A stretch of 59,798 nucleotides of DNA, counting the filler. It is 5 parts of 5 records of this genome, joined end to end, with 100 filler letters (N's around TTAATTAATTAA, not from the genome) between each part and the next. Parts side by side here need not be neighbours in the genome. Positions count along the whole stretch, not along the records: positions 36,743 to 54,222 come from DRR723986_6644; positions 54,323 to 59,798 come from DRR723986_6645; 3 more parts are not named here. One strand, given 5' to 3'. Shown here piece after piece: positions 49,374 to 56,967 of the stretch; positions within the stretch are counted from its first letter, which is position 1; each line of letters opens with the position of its first letter. The notes below the pieces were generated by a model. It was not told where the DNA came from. It worked only from the letters and a program-made list of their open reading frames with translations, and made no database searches. A program made the position numbers and the translations under genes.

Positions 49374-49688
49374 TCGACCCTCACAATACTCAAGAGTTCA
49401 GTGGGTAACCGTCGTTGCGCTACCGGTTCGCGTTGAGGCTATCAGATCGGTAATGGTCTTCACAATGGTCGATAAGATGTCCGGCCCAACGGCCTGCTTC
49501 AACCCTGCCATGAAGAACTCTGTACGAGCGTCTCTTGTTCCATCGTCTCGTTTCCCGACTTGCTTCTCGTACGTTTGGCGCTGCGGTTGGTGGGCGAAGT
49601 TAGCAGGGGGAGTTGGATTACGGAGCTTTCCCAACCTTTCCCACCCGCTCTGATACCACTGTTTGAGCGGAAGTGAGAGTCTCCGCTT

Positions 49689-51101
49689 ATGCGGACACTC
49701 TTTCGAAAACTTCTGGGCCGGGGCGGAACCCGGTCCTTTGACGCGGCGGGCCAAGGGCGGCGCTGGGATCAGCCTCGCACGCTGGACAGCCTGAACACGG
49801 CGATTCTTGCGGGGGCCACGCCTGCCGCACGCAGGGCAGGCTGGTATGCGCGCAACAACCCTTGGGTCGCGGCGGCGCTGGATAGCCTCGTTGGCAACGT
49901 CGTCGGCGCCGGGATTAAGCCCCAGTCTACCCACCCCGACCGCGCGGTGCGCGAACGGCTGCAGGCGCTCTGGCTGCATTGGACCGATCAGGCCACCCCG
50001 GATGGGCTTGCTGATTTCTACGGCCTGCAATCGATGGCGGTGCGGGCCATGGTGGAAAGCGGCGAAAGCTTCGCCCGGTTGCGTATCAACGACACCGCCG
50101 ATGGCATCCCCCTTCACATTGAACTTCTGGATCGCGAGCAGGTCCCCACGGATTTGCATCGTGATATCGGCGGCGGGGCGCGGATACGCGCTGGCATCGA
50201 GTTCGACTCTGCCGGGCGCCGGATCGCCTATCGGGTGTCAACCGCCCGTCCGGGCGATCCCCTCGGGTCTTTCCGCATGAGCCCGATCCGCGTCCCCGCC
50301 GCCGATTGCCTTCACCTGTTCAAACCTCTGGTCGCAGGGCAGTTGCGCGGCATCACCTGGCTCGCGCCGGTCCTGCTCCGCCTCCATGAACTCGACCAAT
50401 TCGAGGATGCAACGCTGGTCAAAGCCAAGGTGGCGGCGCTGTTCACCGGCTTCATCACCGACCCCGATGGCACGGTAGGCGGCCTTTCCGGCGACAACCG
50501 CTCTGGCGTGCTCACCGTGGGCATGGAACCAGGCAGCCTCATTCCCCTACCCCCTGGCGCAGACATCCGGTTTTCCAACCCGACCGAGCACGATGCTTAT
50601 GCGCCCTTCGTAAAGAACCACCTGCGCGCCGTCGCGGCCGGGCTTGGCCTGCCTTACGAATTGGTTTCTGGCGACCTCGAGGGGGTGACCTATTCCTCGA
50701 TCCGCGCGGGGCTCGTGGAGTTCCGCCGCCGCGTTGAGCAGTTGCAGCACAACGTGGTCGTGCATCTGTTCTGCCGCCCGATCTGGGAACGCTTCGTGCG
50801 CCTCGCGGTCCTAACCGGTGATCTGCCTGCCCGCAATTTCGGCGCCGATCCCGCCGCCTATCTGGGATGCAGCTGGCTGCCGCCAAAGTTCGACTACGTC
50901 GATCCGATGAAGGATGTGCAGGCCGAGATCCTCGCCATCGACGCAGGGCTCAAATCCCGCAGCCAGGCGATTTCTGAGCGTGGCTACGATGCCGAACAGG
51001 TCGACGCCGAGATAGCGGCCGACAAAGAGCGCGCCGACGGGATGGGGCTCGGGTTCGGTCAAAACGCTGCCACGCAGCAGAAGGACATCCCCCATGGTTG
51101 A
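49689..51101 (+). CDS. Phage portal protein, lambda family
   Basis: RNNPWV..LVGNVVGAGIKP, ESGESF, GIEFD..GR, GQLRGI, LVSGDL..VTYSSIR, VDPMKD. Confidence 0.95.
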   Translation: MRTLFRKLLGRGGTRSFDAAGQGRRWDQPRTLDSLNTAILAGATPAARRAGWYARNNPWVAAALDSLVGNVVGAGIKPQSTHPDRAVRERLQALWLHWTDQATPDGLADFYGLQSMAVRAMVESGESFARLRINDTADGIPLHIELLDREQVPTDLHRDIGGGARIRAGIEFDSAGRRIAYRVSTARPGDPLGSFRMSPIRVPAADCLHLFKPLVAGQLRGITWLAPVLLRLHELDQFEDATLVKAKVAALFTGFITDPDGTVGGLSGDNRSGVLTVGMEPGSLIPLPPGADIRFSNPTEHDAYAPFVKNHLRAVAAGLGLPYELVSGDLEGVTYSSIRAGLVEFRRRVEQLQHNVVVHLFCRPIWERFVRLAVLTGDLPARNFGADPAAYLGCSWLPPKFDYVDPMKDVQAEILAIDAGLKSRSQAISERGYDAEQVDAEIAADKERADGMGLGFGQNAATQQKDIPHG

Positions 51102-52965
51102 GACAATTTCGCCGCAGCATGCTGGTATGGATAGCGGTCCTATTCACCTGCGTCGCGCCACCCTGCGCCCGCAATCGGTCAATCTGGCCGAGCGCAATGT
51201 CGAGGTAGTTTGGTCCACCGGTGCCCCCGTGCGCCGCCGCGACATGGGCGGCCCCTATGTAGAGCGCCTGAGCCTCGCCCCCGATGCGGTGGACCTCTCC
51301 CGCCTCGAGGGGGCCAGCGTTCTCGATGCCCACCGCCAATCCGCAGTGCGCGATGTGCTCGGCACCGTGCGCACCGCCACCGTCAATGGTCAACATGGAA
51401 CGGCCGTCTTGCAGTTTTCCGCGCGGCCGGAGGTGGAGCCCATCTGGCAAGATGTCGTGGCTGGCATCCTGCGCCACATTTCAGTCGGCTACTCGGTCGA
51501 GCGCTGGTCTGAGAGCACGGAGAACGGCGCGCGCGTGCTGACCGCCGTGCGCTGGACCCCTCACGAGATTTCCCTTGTTCCAACACCCGCCGATCCCGGC
51601 GCCCATATTCGCATGGAGACAGATATGACTGACACCACGCACCTCGTTTCCAATGAGAACGAGGTTGACCCTCAGCGCACCGTTCCCAACGGGAACGATG
51701 CACAAACCCGCGCCGCCGCAAATGCCGAAATCCGCGCCATCGGCAAAATCGCTGGCCTCGATCAGACCTGGGTCGACAGCCAGATTGACGCAAACGCCGA
51801 TCCCGACATGGCTCGACGCGCTGCTTTCGAAGCACTTGCGCGCCGCAGTTCGCCAGCCATCCGCACCGAACAGGTCCGTGTCGAGGTGGGCGAAAGCCAC
51901 GACGACCCGGCCCTGCGTGCGCGCCAGATGGGCGAAGCGCTCTACGCTCGGATCAATCCACGCCACCAACTGAGCGAGCCCGCGCGCCGCTACGCCTATG
52001 CAACCCCCGTGGACATGTCCAAGGACCTGCTGAGCCTGCGCGGCGAAAGCACCATGGGCCTTTCCCCTGCCAGCCTCGTCACACGCGCCCTGCACACGAC
52101 CTCGGACTTTCCGATCATCTTGGGCGACACGGTCGGCCGCCTGCTGCGCGACAGCTACCAGGCTGCACCTTCCGGCATTCGCCAGCTTGGCCGCCAAACC
52201 AGCGCACGGGATTTCCGCTCGGTGAACAAGATCATGCTGGGCGAAGCGCCGCTCCTCGAGAAGCTGAACGAACACGGCGAGATCAAGGCAGGCACCATGG
52301 CCGAAGCGCGCGAGGCCTATAAGGTTGAGACCTGGGCGCGGAAGATTGGCATCACCCGGCAGGTGCTGGTCAACGATGACCTTGGCGCCTTCTCGGACCT
52401 CGCCCGCCGGATGGGCCAAGCCGCCGCCGAGACCGAAGCTCGCATCCTTGTGAACTTGCTCGAGGCGAACTCTGGCAATGGGCCGAAGCTCTCGGACGGC
52501 AAGACGCTGTTTCACGCGGACCATGGCAACAAGGCGGGAACCGGGGCGGCGATTTCGGATGGCACGCTGTCGGCAGCACGGTTGGCGCTGCGCACCCAGA
52601 AGGGTATCGAGGACCGCACGATCCGCGTGACGCCGCGCTATCTGCTGGTGCCGCCTGCGCTTGAGACGGAAGCAGAGAAGTGGCTCGCCACCGTCTCGCC
52701 TGCGAAAGCGGCCGATGTGAACCCCTTTGCCGGGTCCCTCAGCCTCGTCGTGGAACCGCGCCTGACCTCGGCCGCCCGCTGGTATGTCACCGCCGACCCC
52801 GGCGAGATCGATGGCATGGAATTCGCCTATCTCTCGGGCAACGAAGGGCCGCAGGTCGAAAGCAAATCCGGCTGGGATGTCGATGGCGTCGAGATCAGGG
52901 TGATCCTGGATTTCGGGGCGGGGTTCCTCGACCACCGTGGCTGGTTCGCCAACGCGGGCGCATGA
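51094..52965 (+). CDS. Prohead protease / major capsid protein fusion
   Basis: N-terminal VLDAH..ISVGYSV..EISLVPTPAD protease; C-terminal HTTSDFP..ITRQVLVNDDLGAF..LLVPP capsid (gpT-like/HK97 fold). Confidence 0.92.
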   Translation: MVETISPQHAGMDSGPIHLRRATLRPQSVNLAERNVEVVWSTGAPVRRRDMGGPYVERLSLAPDAVDLSRLEGASVLDAHRQSAVRDVLGTVRTATVNGQHGTAVLQFSARPEVEPIWQDVVAGILRHISVGYSVERWSESTENGARVLTAVRWTPHEISLVPTPADPGAHIRMETDMTDTTHLVSNENEVDPQRTVPNGNDAQTRAAANAEIRAIGKIAGLDQTWVDSQIDANADPDMARRAAFEALARRSSPAIRTEQVRVEVGESHDDPALRARQMGEALYARINPRHQLSEPARRYAYATPVDMSKDLLSLRGESTMGLSPASLVTRALHTTSDFPIILGDTVGRLLRDSYQAAPSGIRQLGRQTSARDFRSVNKIMLGEAPLLEKLNEHGEIKAGTMAEAREAYKVETWARKIGITRQVLVNDDLGAFSDLARRMGQAAAETEARILVNLLEANSGNGPKLSDGKTLFHADHGNKAGTGAAISDGTLSAARLALRTQKGIEDRTIRVTPRYLLVPPALETEAEKWLATVSPAKAADVNPFAGSLSLVVEPRLTSAARWYVTADPGEIDGMEFAYLSGNEGPQVESKSGWDVDGVEIRVILDFGAGFLDHRGWFANAGA

Positions 52966-53180
52966 GCATGACGGATCTCGGTCAACTGACTGAGTGGCGG
53001 GATGCCCTGCTGGCAGCCCGCTACAAGGGGGTGCGCACGGTCGAATATGACGGCAAGCGCATCACCTACGCCACAGACGGCGAGATGGCTGCCGCCCTCG
53101 CCGATCTTGAACGGCGCATCACTGGCCTCGGCCCCAAGCGGGTCTCGGTCGTTCGTATTCAATCCAGCAAAGGGGTGTGA
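52962..53180 (+). CDS. Head completion / head-tail joining protein (gpW-like), 72 aa
   Basis: ATGA overlap with the capsid stop; AARYKGVRTVEYDGKRITYATDGEMAAALADLERRI. Confidence 0.85.
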   Translation: MSMTDLGQLTEWRDALLAARYKGVRTVEYDGKRITYATDGEMAAALADLERRITGLGPKRVSVVRIQSSKGV

Positions 53181-53183
53181 CCC

Positions 53184-53528
53184 ATGAAGACCTTTATCCA
53201 GAATGGTGACATAATCACCGTCCCCGCCCCCACTGGCGGTATCACATCCGGCGATGGCATGCTGGTGGGCAACCTCTTTGGTGTGGCCGCCACCACCGCC
53301 GCAGAAGGCGAACCCGCCGAAGTGGCCACCACCGGTGTCTACACGCTGCCCAAAGCCGCCAGCGCTGTCCTTGCCCTTGGCGTACGCGTCTCATGGGACA
53401 ACACAGCGAAGGTGGTCACAACGCCAGGCACCGGCCGCTATCCCATCGGGATCGCCGTTGAAGATGCGGGCAATGGCACAACAATGATTGCCGTGCGCCT
53501 CGATGGCATCGGGACTGCCGCCGCATGA
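53184..53528 (+). CDS. DUF2190 family capsid cement/decoration protein
   Basis: MKTFIQNGD.ITVPAP..SGD..VG.LFGVA...TGVYTLPKA...IG.A...VRL. Confidence 0.85.
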   Translation: MKTFIQNGDIITVPAPTGGITSGDGMLVGNLFGVAATTAAEGEPAEVATTGVYTLPKAASAVLALGVRVSWDNTAKVVTTPGTGRYPIGIAVEDAGNGTTMIAVRLDGIGTAAA

Positions 53529-53866
53529 TGGAGCGGGATGTTCACGCAATGCTAGCCAGCCTTACCCTCTTGGTGGAGAGCACCAAGGGGGCGGAACCTC
53601 TCGCCCTCCTCCACAGCTATGCGGCGGTGATGGCACTCTGTGCTGACCTGCGCACAGCAGCCGCAGAATACAACGGCACTTGGAATATCACGATGGTGAT
53701 CGGCGAGATTGAGAACCACATGGCCGCCGTCGCGGGGATATTCCCCACCTGGGATTTACCGCCAGATCAGCATCGTGGGCACGCACGCGCAGCGATCATC
53801 AAGATCGCCATGCCAACCTGCTTCGGAGTGCAATCCACGAACCCGGCCTTGCAGCGCAAATCGTAA
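53525..53866 (+). CDS. Hypothetical helical protein, last gene of the head operon
   Basis: ATGA translational coupling to DUF2190; followed by a hairpin. Confidence 0.65.
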   Translation: MMERDVHAMLASLTLLVESTKGAEPLALLHSYAAVMALCADLRTAAAEYNGTWNITMVIGEIENHMAAVAGIFPTWDLPPDQHRGHARAAIIKIAMPTCFGVQSTNPALQRKS

Positions 53867-53922
53867 GGTTGGCGCCTCCAACGTTACGAACAGCGGTGGT
53901 GCAAGCCACAACATCAGTCAGC

Positions 53923-53942
53923 ACACCCTCTTCGGAGGGTGT
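53923..53942 (+). terminator. UUCG hairpin after the head operon (terminator or part of a structured RNA)
   Basis: ACACCCTC-TTCG-GAGGGTGT; weak U tract. Confidence 0.55.
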
Positions 53943-54148
53943 TCTCGTCTGAAACACCCAACCCGCTTCGCCGGATGTTGGCGCCTGCAACATCCCTCAT
54001 TTTAGCGAGCCGACTGCGGAACGTCCCAAGAACATCCGCGCCTCGCCACGTCGCATTGGTGTTGCACGGAATAAACACGAGGTGTTGTAAGCCTTTGGAA
54101 TCTTTCGGAAACGTGTCGCACGGACTTGCAACACCGCAAGACAGGACA

Positions 54149-54169
54149 AAGCCGCCCGAAAGGCGGCTT
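54149..54169 (-). terminator. Element-supplied terminator downstream of the tRNA 3' end
   Basis: Minus strand AAGCCGCC-TTTCG-GGCGGCTT-TGT, about 27 nt after the CCA end. Confidence 0.75.
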
Positions 54170-54196
54170 AAGTCTTTGTAATAGCAAATATATTTT

Positions 54197-54222
54197 TGGT
54201 TGCGGGAGTAGGATTTGAACCT
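54197..54222 (-). tRNA. 3' end of tRNA-Met (initiator-type), truncated by the contig end; second att site
   Basis: Minus strand AGGTTCAAATCCTACTCCCGCAACCA (T-arm, acceptor, CCA); shares 11 nt with the left-end sequence. Confidence 0.88.
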
Positions 54223-54322
54223 NNNNNNNNNNNNNNNNNNNNNNNNNNNNNNNNNNNNNNNNNNNNTTAATTAATTAANNNNNNNNNNNNNNNNNNNNNN
54301 NNNNNNNNNNNNNNNNNNNNNN
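54223..54322. other. Artificial contig linker
   Basis: N44-TTAATTAATTAA-N44. Confidence 0.98.
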
Positions 54323-54323
54323 C

Positions 54324-54410
54324 CTGATCGGCGAAAGCCTGATGCGGCAGGAGGATGTGGAAACCGCCACAAGGACGCTGCTGGCCAATCCTTTGCGGGC
54401 GGCGCAGTGA
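54324..54410 (+). CDS. trpC: Indole-3-glycerol phosphate synthase, C-terminal fragment
   Basis: [20 protein letters not shown]...*; trpC-moaC-moeA-lexA order is typical of alphaproteobacteria. Confidence 0.85.
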   Translation: MIGESLMRQEDVETATRTLLANPLRAAQ

Positions 54411-54889
54411 TGGCGGGGCTCACCCATTTCGACGCCGAGGGGCAGGCCCATATGGTCGATGTCTCGGACAAGCCGGTCACGGCGCGGGTGGCGGTGGCAG
54501 AGGGTTTCGTTCGGATGACGCCCGAGACACTTGCGGCCATCACCGGCGGTGAAGCGAAGAAGGGCGATGTTCTGGGCGTCGCACGGCTGGCCGGGATCAT
54601 GGGGGCCAAGAAAACCTCGGACCTGATCCCGCTCTGCCATCCCCTGCCGATCACCAAGGTGGCGCTGGAGCTCGAACCGATTGCCGACCTGCCCGGCATC
54701 CGCATCGTGGCAACCGTCAAGACCGGCGGCCAAACGGGCGTGGAGATGGAGGCCCTGACCGCCGTATCCACCGCCGCGCTGACTGTCTATGACATGGTGA
54801 AAGCCGTTGATAAATCAATGGAAATCACCGGAATCCGCCTGCTTCTGAAAGAGGGCGGCAAGTCCGGGAGATATGAGGCGCAGGGATGA
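54407..54889 (+). CDS. moaC: Cyclic pyranopterin monophosphate synthase
   Basis: [41 protein letters not shown]. Confidence 0.97.
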   Translation: MMAGLTHFDAEGQAHMVDVSDKPVTARVAVAEGFVRMTPETLAAITGGEAKKGDVLGVARLAGIMGAKKTSDLIPLCHPLPITKVALELEPIADLPGIRIVATVKTGGQTGVEMEALTAVSTAALTVYDMVKAVDKSMEITGIRLLLKEGGKSGRYEAQG

Positions 54890-56070
54890 TCACTGTCGAC
54901 GAGGCCCTTTCCGCATGTCTGGAACTCGCTGATCCGCTGCCCTGCGAGCACGTGCCTCTGACTGAGGCCAATGGCCGGGTTCTGGCGCAACCCGTTCAGG
55001 CGCGACGCGATCAGCCGCCCTTTGCGGCCTCGGCCATGGATGGCTATGCGGTGACGTCTGAAACGCCCAAAACCGGCGACACGTTCACCGTGATCGGAGA
55101 GGCCGCTGCCGGCCATGTCTGGGACGGCCACCTAGGAACGGGTCAGGCGGTGCGGATCTTCACTGGCGCACCTGTTCCCGATGGGGCCGCACGGGTGATC
55201 ATCCAGGAGGATGTGACCCGCGTGGGCGATGTGATCACCCTGGGTGACCGGCTGGATCACCAGACCAATATCCGCCCCGCTGGCGGCGATTTCCTGATCG
55301 GCGACACGATCCCTGCCCCTCGTATCCTGCGCCCGGCCGATCTGGCGCTGGCCGCCGCGATGAACCTGCCCACCCTGCCCGTCACGCGCAGACCGGTGGT
55401 GGCGCTGATCGCCACCGGAGATGAGCTGGTGCAGCCCGGCGATACCCCGCGCCCCGATCAGATCGTCGCCTCCAATTCCTACGGACTGAAGGCATTGGCC
55501 GAAGCCGCTGGCGCTCATGCGCGCTTGCTGCCGATTGCGCGTGATAGCGTAGAGAGCCTCGCCAGCACGCTCAAACTGGCGGCGGATGCAGATATAATCG
55601 TGACGATTGGCGGCGCGTCCGTGGGCGATCATGATCTGGTGGCACAGGTCGCGGCGGCTGAAGGGCTGGAGCGGAGCTTCTACAAGGTGGCGCTGCGCCC
55701 CGGCAAGCCGCTGATGGCGGGTCGGATTGGCAAGTCCGCGCTGCTTGGCCTGCCCGGCAATCCGGTGTCAGCCATGGTCTGCGGGCAGATTTTCCTTATA
55801 CCGATGATCCGCGCCATGTTGGGTCTGGGCAAGGCTCCTGCCCCACGCGAAACCGCCGAACTGGCGGTGGATCTGCCGCAGAACGGCCCGCGCGAACACT
55901 ATATGCGGGCCATGCTGGAGCCGGGCAGCCGGTTCCCGCGTGTAACGCCGGACCTCCGGCAGGATTCCTCGCTGCTGAGCGTCCTGTCGCGTGCGGATGC
56001 CTTGATGGTCTATCCCCCATCCGCCGGGCCGCTCTGCGCCGGATCGCTTGTGGAGATCTTGCGGATTTAG
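54886..56070 (+). CDS. moeA: Molybdopterin molybdotransferase
   Basis: [42 protein letters not shown]. Confidence 0.96.
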   Translation: MITVDEALSACLELADPLPCEHVPLTEANGRVLAQPVQARRDQPPFAASAMDGYAVTSETPKTGDTFTVIGEAAAGHVWDGHLGTGQAVRIFTGAPVPDGAARVIIQEDVTRVGDVITLGDRLDHQTNIRPAGGDFLIGDTIPAPRILRPADLALAAAMNLPTLPVTRRPVVALIATGDELVQPGDTPRPDQIVASNSYGLKALAEAAGAHARLLPIARDSVESLASTLKLAADADIIVTIGGASVGDHDLVAQVAAAEGLERSFYKVALRPGKPLMAGRIGKSALLGLPGNPVSAMVCGQIFLIPMIRAMLGLGKAPAPRETAELAVDLPQNGPREHYMRAMLEPGSRFPRVTPDLRQDSSLLSVLSRADALMVYPPSAGPLCAGSLVEILRI

Positions 56071-56079
56071 CCCAAGATG

Positions 56080-56119
56080 TTGACACGAAGCGGGAACAGC
56101 GGTAGAACATTACCCGAAC
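56080..56119 (+). promoter_or_regulatory. lexA promoter with overlapping alphaproteobacterial SOS boxes
   Basis: TTGACA (56080)-17 nt-TAGAAC; GAAC-N7-GAAC-N7-GAAC at 56094-56119. Confidence 0.88.
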
Positions 56120-56149
56120 AGATGTGATTTCCGTGAGGGGAGCCGAGCG

Positions 56150-56842
56150 ATGCTGACCAAGAAGCAGCTGGACCTGCTGGAGCTAATTCACCGCCGTATG
56201 CAGCGCGACGGGGTGCCGCCGTCTTTCGACGAAATGAAGGACGCGCTGGACCTCCGGTCCAAGTCCGGCATTCACCGGCTGATCACGGCGCTGGAGGAAC
56301 GCGGGTTCATCCGGCGGTTGGCGCACCGGGCCCGCGCGATCGAGATCGTGAAGCTGCCCGAAAGCTTGGAAAGCAAACTGGGCGGCTTCACCCCCCGCGT
56401 TATCGAAGGCAGCCGGGTCGATCCGCCCCGTGAGGCGCGCCCCGTGGCTGCGGCTTCTGCCGTTGATCTGCCCGTTATGGGCCGCATCGCGGCGGGCACG
56501 CCGATTGAGGCGATCAGCGAAGTGTCCACCCATGTGGCCGTACCCCAACAGATGCTGGGATCGGGCAAATCGCATTACGCGCTGGAGGTGAAGGGCGACT
56601 CGATGATCGAGGCCGGGATCAACGAAGGCGATATCGTGGTGATCGAAGAAGGCTCGACCGCTGACAATGGCGATATCGTGGTGGCTCTGGTCGAAGGCTA
56701 TGAGGCAACGCTGAAACGCTTTCGCAAGAAGGGCAACATGATTGCCCTTGAGGCCGCAAACCCCGCCTACCAGACCCGGATGCTGCGCGAGGATCAGGTG
56801 AAGGTGCAGGGCAAGCTGGTCGGATTGATCCGCACCTATTGA
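56150..56842 (+). CDS. lexA: SOS repressor LexA
   Basis: [21 protein letters not shown] cleavage site, GDSM, ATLKR. Confidence 0.97.
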   Translation: MLTKKQLDLLELIHRRMQRDGVPPSFDEMKDALDLRSKSGIHRLITALEERGFIRRLAHRARAIEIVKLPESLESKLGGFTPRVIEGSRVDPPREARPVAAASAVDLPVMGRIAAGTPIEAISEVSTHVAVPQQMLGSGKSHYALEVKGDSMIEAGINEGDIVVIEEGSTADNGDIVVALVEGYEATLKRFRKKGNMIALEAANPAYQTRMLREDQVKVQGKLVGLIRTY

Positions 56843-56967
56843 CCCGTCGGCGCAGGCGCCTTTCAGGGCCCTGGTGACGCAGGAGACAGTGTCTCTTCGA
56901 TGTCGACGCCAGGCCCTCTCTGGTGCAGTCGATTTCTTCGGTGTTCTGCAGCGGCTTGGGTCGGAAA

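Larger units (their letters stand above)
36743..54222. mobile_element. tRNA-Met-integrated, tail-less, capsid-encoding phage satellite-like element (about 17.47 kb att to att)
   Basis: tRNA-derived sequence at both contig ends; integrase, regulators, primase/helicase, packaging and head genes; no tail or lysis genes. Confidence 0.88.

Noticed and set aside
49398-49511. Short minus-strand ORF MAGLKQAVGPDILSTIVKTITDLIAS..., an amphipathic peptide upstream of the HNH gene
   Set aside because: No RBS, and the longer 253-aa version is antisense to portal; cannot be supported as a gene or C-protein from sequence alone
43046-53528. Gene transfer agent (RcGTA-like) head cluster
   Set aside because: Has an integrase, att sites, a replication protein and a lambda GpA/cos module, and lacks GTA tail genes
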